Source of the DNA: Bigelowiella natans CCMP2755
Taxonomy: Eukaryota > Protista > Cercozoa
Assembly: GCA_000320545.1 (NCBI GenBank)
Contig: ADNK01002468.1
Coordinates: 1-64,000 of the forward strand
Length of the DNA: 64,000 nucleotides
Reading direction: 5' to 3'
The position numbers and the translations under genes were made by a program. Position 1 is the stretch's first letter; every line of letters starts with the position of its first letter. A model generated the notes under the pieces. The model had not been told where the DNA came from, did not search any database, and was given only the letters and a program-made list of their open reading frames with translations. Below are positions 24,915 to 37,837 of this stretch, one piece after another.

Positions 24915-27281
24915 ATGCGACGACGACGTGCCAGGATACCCACCTCTACGCTATGGTGTTTTGTTTGCGTCGTCACCACTGCGGCTGCGGTTGCAGCTGT
25001 CAGCATCGCGGGCATAGGACTGGGGCGTCCAGGATTGTTGGAGAATGGACGCATATGGCGAGCTTCGCGTAGGCTTTCGAGTGTGAGTGGGATTTGTGGT
25101 GCTGCAAGGTGTGTCTTCACAGCTGACTTGAATATCCACACACGCAGTGTATGGTGATACATCTCTTTTTTGGGGGGGGGGCGGGGAATTAAATAATAGA
25201 ACTGGTTGTAGAGTCTATGGAGAATTTCCGACAGAAACGGAGAATTCCAGCAAATTACGGGTTGGGATCATCGGAGGAGGAATCGGTGGGCTTGCAACGG
25301 CGTTGGCACTACGATCTTACTGTCCAGAGAAGATTGCACATATTGACATTTTTGAAAAACGCGAAAGAAACGCTGATTTCGGGAAAGGGACAGGACTGAT
25401 GCTTTGGAAGAACGGTCTAATACCAGTATTCTTTTTCACTGCTGTAGTAAGAAGCTCACTCCAGACCTTTGTTTTATCTCACTTTAAGGTTTGAAGGTTC
25501 TCCAGCAAATTGATGAGGTTCAATCTCTCGGCGTTTTTGATTCTATGATAAAGAATAGTGTAAAACTCATGGGCACGGAGATGGATTCTTTCGGTGACAA
25601 GAAGTCATTGAGAGTTGATTCAGGAATGGTTGGAATCCAATGGTCCGCCTTTCATAAAACGTTGCATGATGGCATAAAAAATTGGGATGATGGCAGTATC
25701 ACTTTACATTATGATCATGCTTGCAGAGATATAGCAAACTTAAAGGATGTGGATAAGGTGAGGCAACAGACTCATGTGTTACACCTCCCCCTCCACCATT
25801 CCCATATCTTTTTCTGTGTTAAGTTGTAAGATTCATGCTTTATTTGTTTGTGTATTGCCAATCTTTAAAGGTTCAAATCACTTTCGAGAGCAGAGATGGG
25901 GAAGAAATGAAAGAAATCATGTGCGAATATGACCTCGTAGTAGCAGCAGATGGTATCAACTCCCGTATTCGTAGTAAACTGTTCGATGACACGCCGCCAG
26001 TGCCGCAGGGTAGGGCCATATTTAGAGCCGTGATTGAGAATTCCAAGGCTGAAGACGCAAGTAAAGGAGGCGATATTAAACTACCACCCAACAAAGATGA
26101 TCAAACGTTGATGTGCTTAAGAGATCCAAAGTATGGTGACATCATCTGTGTGTGTGTGCGAAAGTAGAACCACATAACACGGGGACAATATGAGTCAAAA
26201 TAAGCGCAATTACAGTCATCTTCCCCATCATCATTGATCATCATCAATCACAACCATTATACGATGGCTGTCACCACATAGGAAAATTGTTGCATTTCTT
26301 CCTGTGAGCAACGAAGCAACTTATTGGGCAGCTACAATTCATAAGGATGCTAATGAGAGGCTTGCTAAGGTGTCAAACCGTGTAGATGGAATATTCATTC
26401 ACAAAATCAATAATTCAGAATATAAAATACATTGAGTGCTTACGATATTGCCACGTACAAGAAAGTTTCATTTTAAACAATCAGGACGGGGCAGAGGCCA
26501 AAGAGTTGCTCTTGAGTGCTGAGTACGAGATGTACCCTGAACTCCAAAAAATGGTGGAGCTGACTCCCCCTGAGAAGATCTTCTACAACCATCTTAAACA
26601 GCTTGAGCCACTTGCAACCTGGGTGAATCGTCGTGTGGTACTAATGGGTGATGCAGCACACGCGATGATCCCTGCTGCTGGGCAGGTTTGTTAGGGAGAA
26701 TAGGGGGGGAATGCTGGTGAACACTGGAAGGAGGGTGAGTAAAGCTGTTTACATTTTTTCATTAATACAGGGAGTTGGAATGGCTGTTGAGGACGCACAA
26801 CAGCTAGCTGTAAGCCTGGCAGGATGCAAAAATATAGACGATGCTCTGAATCATTATGAGACCGTTCGAATCCCTCGCGTTACACAGGTAAATGTTTGGC
26901 GATGGAGAAAGTGTTCGTTCCACTTTTGAGTTTTGCTCCGACCGCTCGGTAACATTAGATTAGTTTAAATTTGAGCAAAATATGCGTACAAATGTCGTCA
27001 GGTTCAGATTCAAAACGCTCAGGACGCGCGGGATTCTTACGTGAAGTTTAAAAAAACTTCAAAACTTGATAGAGAAGAATACAATCGGTGAAGCTCCCTG
27101 TTATGTTGATTGTTTCAAAAATCCAAGAAATGTTATATAGATTTGTATTCACGTACGCTCAAAGCTCAGCACGAATTTTGATTTCACCAACACCATCAGG
27201 CAGTACATTTTATCTTATCCTCTGACTACGTACACATCCAGGTTTCTCTTCGGCTATCCTGGTGCTACCGATCCTTCTTAG
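24915..27281 (+). CDS. FAD-dependent monooxygenase (zeaxanthin epoxidase/salicylate hydroxylase-like, class A), multi-exon, with predicted bipartite targeting presequence
   Basis: IIGGGIGGLATALAL (GxGxxG), DLVVAADGINSRIR (DG motif) and VVLMGDAAHAMIPAAGQGVGMAVEDA (GD motif). The N-terminus is a hydrophobic stretch followed by an R/S-rich segment. Last exon ends at TAG 27279-27281. Confidence 0.88.
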
Positions 27282-27823
27282 CTCTTGCGGCGTACTCAGT
27301 ACTGGTGGCCTTGCTCATCAAGTCATTAAATATACATGAGACTGGTTTGATGAAAAATTGAATTCTTTCAAATGTCATCCCAATATAATACACACGTGCA
27401 TGTGTGCACAAATATACTTGCCATGTGACGAGCGTGATGATAAGTTATCAAATCAATTAAATGGCGCCAATCAATTGCAGCTCTGTGCTCAATGTCTAGA
27501 TGTATAGTAGCTATTTTAAAATCACGGCTACGTACACGCCCGACCTCTCAGTGTGATGCGATGCAATGCGATGCCGACAAGTGCCTATGTGATTATAATA
27601 ACATGCTGTATTTGCGCATATGGCAGCGGCGCCGGCGCCCGTATACACACCACAAAATGTACTAGCTAGCTAGATGTAGCAGCTAGGTAGCCACATCTAG
27701 ACATGTACATCCAGAGATGTCTTCATGCGAGGTGCAGGTACATATCAACGACATTACTAGAATGGTCTAGTCTAGGAGTAGCTACAAGTAGATGTGTAGA
27801 AGAGTGTATGTGTGTTGCACACA

Positions 27824-27932
27824 CGCTGTAGCAGCTGCATTGCACAGCTACATGAGGATGACCATTGAACAAATTTAAATAATTAACTACATCCGTCTCT
27901 CTCTCTCTCTCTCTCTAGCTCTCTCTCTCTCT

Positions 27933-27975
<43 letters not shown>

Positions 27976-28062
27976 GTATATTTTAGTGCTGTAGCTGCCG
28001 CTTCGCACAGGTACATTAGGATGACTGTTGAAAAAGTGTAACCACTTCATTACATCTCACAT
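27824..28062 (+). mobile_element. Two tandem 3'-end fragments of the LINE-like family separated by (CT)n/(CA)n
   Basis: 27824-27898 gctgtagcagctgcattgcacagctacatgaggatgaccattgaacaaatttaa...catccgtctc; 27987-28060 gctgtagctgccgcttcgcacaggtacattaggatgactgttgaaaaag...cattacatctcac. Confidence 0.75.
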
Positions 28063-28109
28063 GTACGAGCACATTTGACATCGCAAAGCGATCGAGTGTG
28101 ATTTATCAC

Positions 28110-28237
<128 letters not shown>

Positions 28238-29259
28238 AGGCACATACATACATCTTAAGATATATCAGGCGGCGCAGAGGTATTCCCAACATAACGTATA
28301 ATTACATTCACAAAAAGAAACAAAATCAGCGGTACACAAAACGAATTATATTGCTATTGTGCGAAGATACTTATGGGTCATCGATAGTGATGCCATTCAC
28401 ACCTCACCATAACGTATCACTCGACTAACTGTATGGGATTAGAGTTTATTATTATCTGCCCGCAAATGCGCAGCATTCTCTATGAGACTGCAGACTATTG
28501 TTCTCAATTCGCAAGAAACTTACCACTCAAATTGTATCACAATTATCTTCAGCGAACTCTGCATAAAATTAAATTGAACAATAAGAACGTATTTTTCCCA
28601 CTCTGGATCGGAGTAAACTTTGAGGATGTAGCTCAGAAATGACATGAAAAAAAAGTTGTATAATCATTTGCCCCAAAAGAACATAAGCGATTAAGCCTTT
28701 CTCGTCATCATTGCTACAAAAGAAAGAAGAGGAGAAGATGAATACGCAACCGACCTCTGCTTTCCAGTCACATTCTTAAAAGCCCCCCATGAACATGCGT
28801 GGAAAACCGCGTATGTGCGGAGAGTTTTCTCTAAAACAAACAAAAATATATGAAGCGACAAGAATATTTCACACAAACTGAAAAAAATTGCATGGGTTTT
28901 CCAGCCGAATCAGCCATCAGATATTTTGCCGGTAATTTGAGTGAAACTTTTCAGAACAGACACAGTCCATGATTCAACCCACCTCAAGTAAGTTCCTTAG
29001 CTGTGCAAATTCAAACAGTTACATCACAGAATATACCAATAATTTTTTCCGAATTCGCCCGATCTTAATTTCCTCCTCGAAATCGAACGATTCCTTCGTA
29101 TTTGCCGTTATCACTTCGAAGGGAGTCATCATCGTCGAAGGAAAAAGACGAGTCCCCTGGCATTCTAATAGCCTCGCCCGAATATAGGAGTTTGAGAAGT
29201 GGATCAACCGTAAAAGGGGAATAAAATCAACACAGAGCAGACTGCAGCAAAGACGACGA

Positions 29260-29665
29260 ATGGGAGACGCGGTAGAAGGATCCGAACTTACAGCTGAGGA
29301 GCTCAGGTAATGATACTCTCGTAATGCGTGCATGTAAGAAATAGCAAATAGCCCCCCCGTTGCATCCACTTAATCCATAATACCGTAGGGAACTACAGAT
29401 GCGGTCGAGAATCGAGGAAAAGCTAGTTCAGGAGGGAGAGAAGGAGAAAATTCTTGACCTCCTTCGAAAGAGGCTGATAGAATCAGGATGGAGGGACCAA
29501 CTCAAAAAACACTGCAGTGAGATCATACGGAACAAGGGGCAGGATAAAATTACGATCGATGATCTTGCAAAAGAGATCATGCCAATGGGAAAGGCAAAAA
29601 TACCTCAGAAAGTGAAAGAAGAGATGCTGGAACGGCTTCAAAAATTCCTGGCCAATTCATCATAG
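29260..29665 (+). CDS. ENY2: Transcription and mRNA export factor ENY2/Sus1, 2 exons (intron 29307-29388)
   Basis: IEEKLVQEGEKEKILDLLRKRLIESGWRDQLKKHCSEIIRNKG...ITIDDL...IPQKVKEEML is the ENY2 signature. The upstream exon MGDAVEGSELTAEELR joins in phase. Confidence 0.93.
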
Positions 29666-30571
29666 CATCCTATGCTGTAATGTAGAGAGACGATGGTATA
29701 ATCGTAGAAGCGTAAGCAGTTGTAGAGAAACAATGAGTAGCAGAAAGTGAACGAGTTCATCATTAACAATGGAAGCGTGTTTTACATATGAAACATAGTT
29801 GATGCATGCTACAGTATGTTGCGAGGTTATGTATAATTATTCATTGCGTTGTACAAATCAGCAAAATTAGCAAAGTTCTTCACAAAATACGCAAGTGCGA
29901 AACACATACAATACAATGGGCACCGGTACTCTCATTGATAAGACGTTATATGCTTGCTGCTCCGTTAGCATGACACAAAACGAGGCCAGTAAGTGCCCAC
30001 TTCGCGTCGCCCTTCGTACACATGACACGGCCGTGAAATCAATGTACTGCGTAATTCCAACAAAATCAAATAAGCTGTTATTTATTTTTAGTGTATTTGC
30101 ACTTATTAGCTTGGATAGAAATCGTACACGATCACGCGTATGCGTAGGCGCATGGTCACAGCAGCCTGCTAGCCTGGGCTGCGCGACAATGCATCGATGG
30201 CCGTTCTTGTTGCCATTGTGCCTGCAGTGCGCATATACGCACGCACAGTTACTGCAGCCCACCAGGCTGCTTCATGCGCACCACAAATAAACGACAGAGC
30301 CTTAATTTTTCGTCACAAGCACTGTGTCTGTGCATGTGCGTTTTATATCATCGACGGTGAGAAAATAAAGTATCCAGCTCAACAATAACCACAATAAAAC
30401 TTAACGCAAGGCATTAATTGTTGATGCGGCTGCACTTTGCATTTAAGATGTGCGCCCAACAATTTCGACACTCTATGCGCATTGCAGGGGAACGAAATCA
30501 ATTTTCCTTGTGAATCTGAATTCGTTCATTCTTTGACTGTACATATATGCAGCTATTAACAATGAAAATAA

Positions 30572-31768
30572 TCAACGCTTCTGGTTTTTTCGTGTTTCCC
30601 AAAACATGAAGTTGGATAAGGCCCAAGCTCCTAGTGTTAGTACCTTTTCCTTCGATGATGATTCCTGGTGGTTAGGAAACTTCACAACCCAATTTTCGGC
30701 ACCACTATTCTGCAAACATAGACCGCGTGCATTCCATCCTGGCCAGTGCACTTCAATGTATCCGTCAGGATTGGCCCGCCTCGCCTCATCTAATGTACGT
30801 GCTTGGCCACCACGCTCGCGGAATACGAAAGAGCGATGGACGTGGTTGAAGCAAGTTGGGGCGCAGCAGTTTTCGCACCCATTCCTCCCACCACAGAAAA
30901 ATGGTGTATATATAGTAAGGATGTGGTTATCTCTTTCATCGTATGCATTCATAAAGCGTTCACAAGGCCAAAAGCAATTCCACCATCTCCAATCCTGTAC
31001 TACACGGCCTCTTGTTTCCTGCGTGGTTCCATCGAACAATATCAATTCTTGAGGCCACGGCATATAGCAACAGCATGGAACTGAACATCGAAATGGACGA
31101 TACATAAGAAGCATGGGATCCTGATCTTGGGGCCATCCCTCAGAGAATCGAAGCCCAGGATTTCTTCCGTTCGTTGGAGGAAAGACACCTAACTTTAGTT
31201 CCCTAGTGCTGTGAAGAGTATAGCGACAGCAGCAACTACTGTCCTCATGTACTTCCATAGCAAGGGGCTGAGCCAGAAAGTGCTCATCTCTCATTTCGCG
31301 AGGCATATCAGGTGTCCACGCCCCGACCTTGAACTATAGTCATTTGTATCATAAGGAGGAGACAATTTATGTATTAGGAGACCAAACTTTTCATCACAAT
31401 ATAAAGCTTCATACCTGGGTCTTACGCTCACAGAACCCAAACAGCACTTGACTCCAATAGAACCGTTGCCGTATGATGAGGCCATGCTTATCGGCCAGTA
31501 CGCCGTCAACAACAGCAACTGGTTCTGCCGTTACCACTTCTTCCTGTCTCGCTAATGGTTGTAACATTTCCAACTCTGTGTCTTCCAGAGCTGGGGCTGA
31601 AGGCATTAGGCCATACCTCTTTACATCTCCTTCTGAAGACCACATTACGTCATCACAAATGAGTTGCGTTCTTGTTTGAGCACTACCTTGCTCCAAGAGG
31701 GACCCGACGTTTGATCTATTCTCCATGATGGCCGTGTATCTCCCTCCCCTTTCGGACTGCCCTATCAT
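30572..31768 (-). CDS. Phospholipid scramblase (PLSCR/Tubby-like fold), 2 exons; start uncertain
   Basis: LIIRQRFYWSQVLFGFCERKTQ|FKV, EDSSCCCR, RPFRCSVPCCCYMPWPQE, GRVVQDW and VKFP...EKVLTLGA. The Cys-rich clusters are typical of scramblases. Intron at about 31336-31414. Confidence 0.8.
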
Positions 31769-32318
31769 AGGAACGGACTCTTCCTTTGATCCGGCCTCAA
31801 GCAAAGGGAAGGAGCTACTTGTTGAGCCGTAAGGAGGGGTGTAAATGGGGACGGGTGTCACAGCTTCCCACCTTTGGAAAATTTTCCGATGTATCTTTTC
31901 CAGAGAATTAACAGAATATATGCCATGTCTCAATGGAGAAACCCCATGGAAAAAAGGACTAATGCGCTTTTTCCATTTTGGCACCTTAAAGATCACATTT
32001 GTTCGCGTTTTCCCCTAAAACACGAGCAGGTAATATCTGCGGTATTGGATATTTTACGCCTGCACTCAGCTCCTTTTTTCAGTTGGAAATCTGGGAATTT
32101 CGTTGTCTTAGCCTTGAAATCTTTATAGTTTTTGGATTTGGAATCAAAATTTCGCCAAAAATGCCCTCCCTTCTATTTGCCGAACAGCACAGCTTGTCGT
32201 ACATGCTGCTACGAGATTCCTTCCCAGAACTCGTCCTTCCCCCCTACCACTCACACTGCTTGTTCTCGGCACAATACCGCACTGAAGTGGGAGTCCAGAA
32301 CAAAATACGGAAACAAGT

Positions 32319-35300
32319 ATGGACGGCCCCTTCGTCTATTCATTTTGCCGTCCGGACCTCTGGAAGAGGTGAGATCAGGCTATTGTTCTCCTTGCATTTG
32401 CGCCATCTTTTCTTCGTGTAGATGACCGTCTTGATTGGCCATACGATTTTCACATAACTTCTACCTGTTGGATGTTATTTTCGATTAGGGATCTTAAATT
32501 CCATTTCAACCATGATCCAAATCTGGGAAACGATTGCTTCAACGAGGTGGCCATACTATTTCCGGCTCACCTTGCAGCTATCCTCCTCATCCTGGTAAGG
32601 TTTTAGGTTCAACACCTTCCCCTCCTTCTAGGAATTTATTTTAGTTACAACCATCAAGAACGATATTTATGAGTAGAGAATCAAAAGAATTCTTTCACCA
32701 AAACATGATGAAAGGATTCTTCGCATTCACAGGTCCGATACTGGTTCTTGAAGGATGTATCATATCAAGACCAGCCAGCCATCAAGTTTACTGGGGGTTC
32801 AATTACGCTCCAAAATTCCAAAATTGCTGCATCGCTTCTCATGTCTATCATTGCTCTAATCCAACTCTTCTCCGTTATATCGCGTGAGACAGGGCCAGAA
32901 GGACACGGGGTGGCACCCTTGGAGGTCATCATGATTCTTCTAGTCACTGTGATGTATGCCATTGGTGCATTCGTCATGAATGAGGAAAAGCAATGCTACG
33001 TCAACGCTGGTGGATGGACTTTACGCCTGGCCTACATTTTGGCAGGGTTTGCCGAGATCCTGAAATTCCAGAGCGTAATCGGACATCTCCACAAAGCCGA
33101 CGTCAACACCTTTTTCATCGTGTACATCATATATGCCAGCCTGGGTTGGGCCCTCACTTTGGTTCAGATCTTCGTCTTCCCAACTGATTACGAGGTCCTT
33201 CGCGGAACGGACTACCGTGCACTACACAACAGAATTAAAAAAAGCGAGCTCGAGAGCCCCGAGAAGGACGCAGATTTCCTCTCTCTACTTACGTTTTCGT
33301 GGCTGTCTAGCCTTCTCCAAGACGGTTATCGCAAGCCCCTCCAGTCTGACGACATCTATGGCCTCGCGAAGTACGACCAGTCCAAGACATTGACAACAAC
33401 GTGGAACCCTGTGTGGAAAGACCACATGAAGCGTCCGAATCCTAGCCTTGTGAAGGCTATTTCGGAGGTGTGGGGCTACAGGTTTTGGGGTGGTGGAATG
33501 CTAAAGCTGATAAATGACGGCGCGCAATTTATCGGCCCCATATTTCTCAGCCTCCTCGTCGACTTTGTAGGAGACAGGGACCAGCCCGAATGGAAAGGCT
33601 ACTTTTACGCCGGTCTGCTATTCGTCTGTACGATGATAGGCGCAGTTGGTGAAGCCCAATACTTCCAAATAGTTATGCGTGTCGGAGCACAAGTTCGCTC
33701 GGCGCTGCAGAACTCTGTCTTCAAGAAATCCATGTATATTAGCAATAAGGGCCGTCGAGAAGGCAAGTTCGGAGCAAACCTTGCTGTGAACAACCTAATC
33801 TCCTCGGACTGTGAAAACATCGAAATGGCTACGAGAAACTTCCACATTCTTTGGTCGTCGCCTCTGCGTATCTTCATCTCGATATTCTTACTCTACCGTG
33901 AGTTGTCTTGGCCTTCTCTGGTGGGGGCAGCCTTTCTTGTGATGATGATCCCCTTGCAGAAACAAGTAGTCACAAGACTTACGCGGTATGCCAGGGCTGG
34001 GTTCAAACGGGCGGATAAAAGAGTGAAGAAAGAAAAGGAGGCTGTCGAGGCTATGCAAATTGTCAAATGTTATGCGTGGGAACAGTCGTTCGTCAACGAA
34101 GCGGCCAGTCTACGAGAGGCGGAGCTCTCATTCCTTCGGAAATCTGCTGTTCTGGGCGCCTTCAATATGTGCTTGATCTTCTCAGTCCCAGTCCTTGTCT
34201 CCAGCATCAGTTTCGCTGTTTACATTTTAGCTGGCAATGAGTTGACTGCAAGCAAGGCCTTCACGTCGCTCGCTCTCTACAACGTTCTCCGCATGCCCCT
34301 AATCTTCTTCCCGCAGGTAATCGCGCAGCTCACAGTGGCACTGGCGTCGATGGATCGTCTTGAAGACTACCTCTCACGCGATGAGGTCGAAGAAAAGGAG
34401 GTGATGCCTGTCCAAGAGGGCATGGCCGCAGTTCAAATCTCGGACGGAACCTTCGCCTGGGGATCTCTGGACAGCAAGAAGAACGAGGGAGAGGATGGGA
34501 AGGAGAAAAAGGAGGAAGGGGACAAGGAGATGCATGACAAGGCAGGACTTGAGACAGACTATTTCATAACTCTTAAAGATATCAACATGAAGGCTGAAAA
34601 CGGGCAGCTGGTGGCCATCATTGGAGCAACAGGAGCTGGAAAATCGTCGCTGCTGCACGCTGTTCTGGGTGAGATTCCAACTAATAGTGGCGTGGTGCAG
34701 ACTCGGGGTACTATCGCCTATGTTCCGCAGCAGGCATGGATATACAACGCAACAATTCGCAACAACATCCTGTTCGGTATGGAGTACGACGAGAAGCGCT
34801 ACTGCCGTGCTGTCAGAATCTCCGGGCTTTCCAAGGATCTCCAAAATCTTGCTGCAGGAGATATGACTGAGATTGGCGAGCGGGGGATCAACCTGAGCGG
34901 TGGGCAGAAGCAGCGCGTTAGCATCGCACGGTCGGTTTATGCAGACTGCGACGTTTACCTGCTAGATGACCCCTTCTCGGCCCTTGACGCTCATGTCGGA
35001 AAGGAGGTGTTCGAGAAGTGCGTCCACGAGGGCCTCCGAGAGAAAACGCGCATCCTGGTGACCAACCAGATCCAATTCATCCACAAAGCCGATCATATCA
35101 TCTGGCTCCACAAGAACCCCGTCGACGGTTCTGGCTTCATCCACTGCCAGGGCACCTTCCACCACCTCATGACCAACCACTCCGACTTCAGGCGGATGAT
35201 GGAGGATCAAGGCCAGACAGACAAGGAAGCGGGGGGAGAAGGAGCTGAGGCCGACGAGCACGGCGACCGCATGGCAGACGAGAAGCACCAGGACGACAAT

Positions 35301-37520
35301 CTGCTAAAGCCCGTGGCACTCACGAGAATACACTCCTCGCAGAGTATCCGCACCGAGGCCAAGGAAAAAGCTAAAAAGCAGAAAGTGAAAACAGGCAGCG
35401 CCCTGATTGTGAAGGAGGCTCGCGAGGAGGGTACCGTGAGCATGCAAGTCATCAAAGACTATGTCGTCGCGTGCGGCGGGACATGTGTGATGGTGAACTT
35501 GCTGTTCCTGTGGGTTGGCACACAAGCGCTATCTCAGGCGGCAAACTTCTGGCTAACGGTATGGACCGAGGACATGCTAGGTGATGGCTACAGTGTGGAG
35601 TTTTACCTCTCGATTTACGTCGCGTGGACGCTCGCGCAGTCCCTGGGCGAGTACGTCTCCAGCTACTACTTCGCACTGCGTGGGATCGAAGGAGCTCAGT
35701 TTCTGCACGATAAGATGTTTAAGAGCCTACTCATGGCACCTATGCGCTTCTATAATGAGACCCCATTGGGCCGTATCATCAACCGCCTCACCAAGGACCA
35801 GTCCGACATCGACCGCAACCTCTCTCGCATGATTTCCCTCGCGGCTCGAGGCGTTCTGCAGCTTGTGGGCACCATGGTGATCATCGGGGTAGTCCAACCC
35901 CTAATCCTGATCATGTTCGCGCCTGTCCTCTACCTCTTCTGGTACGCTCAGCGCTACTTCCAATGCACGGCGCGGGAAGTGAAGCGGCTAGATAGTGTGA
36001 CGCGTTCCCCCATTTATGCCCAGTTTAACCAGTGTCTCGACGGCACCAGCTCTATCCGCGCCTACAAGGCCCAGTCGCGGCTGATTGACGACTTCTACTC
36101 CAAGGTCGACAACAACGTGAGGATGTACCTCACTATTATCAGCTCAAACCGCTGGCTAGCACTCCGGCTAGAGCTTTTGGGAGCTCTTATCGCTTCCACA
36201 GCGGCAGCGGTTGTGGTGATCACGAGGAACAGCGTGCAGCCGGGCGCCGCCGGTCTGGCCTTGTCGCAGGCGTTCGCGGTTACGGGTACACTGAATCTGG
36301 TGGTCAGGCTGACTGCGGAGGCTGAGAACAATCTCAACTCGGTTGAGCGTGTCTCGGAGTATGGCAAGCTGGAATCCGAGGCGAGTGCAAGGATAAAGGA
36401 CAAGGACCCGAGTCCCAGCTGGCCGAATACGGGCAAGGTCCGGTTTGAGAACGTCCAGATGCGCTACCGCCCCGGCCTTCCGCTCGTGCTGCGCGGGCTC
36501 ACCTTCGAAGTGCAGCCGGGGCAGAAGGTCGGAATCGTCGGTAGGACGGGTGCGGGGAAGAGCTCCTTATTCGTTGCGCTGTACCGGTTGGTAGAGCTCA
36601 ATGGTGGGAAGATAGTGATAGACGGGGTGAATTGCGCGGAGATCGGGCTCTGGACCCTCCGGGAGAAGCTGAGCATCATCCCGCAGGACCCCGTGCTCTT
36701 CCGTGGGACGATTCGGTTCAACATGGACCCTTTTGACGAACACCAAGATAGAGAGATCGTCGAGGCTCTCAAACGCGCCCATCTTTTCGGTGCCCTGCAA
36801 AGCATTGTGAGGGGTATTAACGCTAAGCGCGAGGAGGCGGAGAAGCGACGACAGGAGGAGCTAGAGGTGAAGATGGAACAGAAGGAAGCTGCGGGAGAGG
36901 AAGTGGAAGTGGGCGATAACCAGGCAGGAGAAGGAGGAAGGTGCTGTGGGCTGATGGGGTCTCGTGGACAACCAAGCTCCATCAACAACGCTGGGTATGC
37001 CCCACTTACGGTCAATCTACCTGTGGGTGATAAAGGGGGGGACAATGAGAACAAGGTGATGACCGTCTTGGATGTGGAGGTGGAGGCGTCGGGCGAAAAC
37101 TTCAGCGTGGGGCAGCGTCAGCTGCTATGCCTGGCTCGCGCTCTCCTCCGGCACTCAAAGATCCTCGTGCTGGATGAGGCGACGGCCGCCGTTGATACGA
37201 AGACTGACGAGCTCATTCAACAGACCATCAGGTCGGAGTTCAAGGATTGCACCATGCTCACTATCGCGCACAGGATTAATACAATCATCGATGCGGACCG
37301 AGTGCTCGTTATGGACCTCGGACGTGTGGCGGAATACGATACACCGAAGAACCTACTTATGAACGAAGATGGCGCTTTCACTTCGTTGGTCAACGACACC
37401 GGGCCTGAGGTCTCTAAATTCCTCAAAGACGTTGCTTTCGGAAGAATCAAGCCTTTCCTCGAACGGAAGAATGATATGGAGGGCGATGCCGTCGAAGTGA
37501 AGCGAAACGACGAGTATTAA
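32319..37520 (+). CDS. ABC transporter C family (long MRP with TMD0), 3 exons
   Basis: Exons 32319-32368, 32489-32594 and 32733-37520 (N-terminus MDGPFVYSFCRPDLWKR...PNLGNDCFNEV, TMD0-like). NBD1 GATGAGKS/LSGGQ/DDPFSALD, NBD2 GRTGAGKS/FSVGQ/DEATA, and TFSWL in L0. Confidence 0.96.
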
Positions 37521-37837
37521 AGGAAAATAGGAAATATTGCTACCGTTGAGTAAAAGCATCTCGCATTTATTGTAGCATTGGAATTTTAAATGTGAATCGG
37601 TGAGGAAGATCGAGATACTTACTTCGCTTTCGAATCAAGATAATCAAAACCCTGAAGGGAATAGAAGCTTCTCGCAATGGTTTTTCCAATTGCCACTATT
37701 ACGATGTTGCTGAAAACGTTGATGCAAAGCTGATGTGATCAAAATAACGTATATATACTGTGTCGCCTACGATGCTAGCCGCAACAATGCATACGCATAA
37801 TGCGGCACGTGCTCCTGCAGTAAGTTCCTATGCTAGC

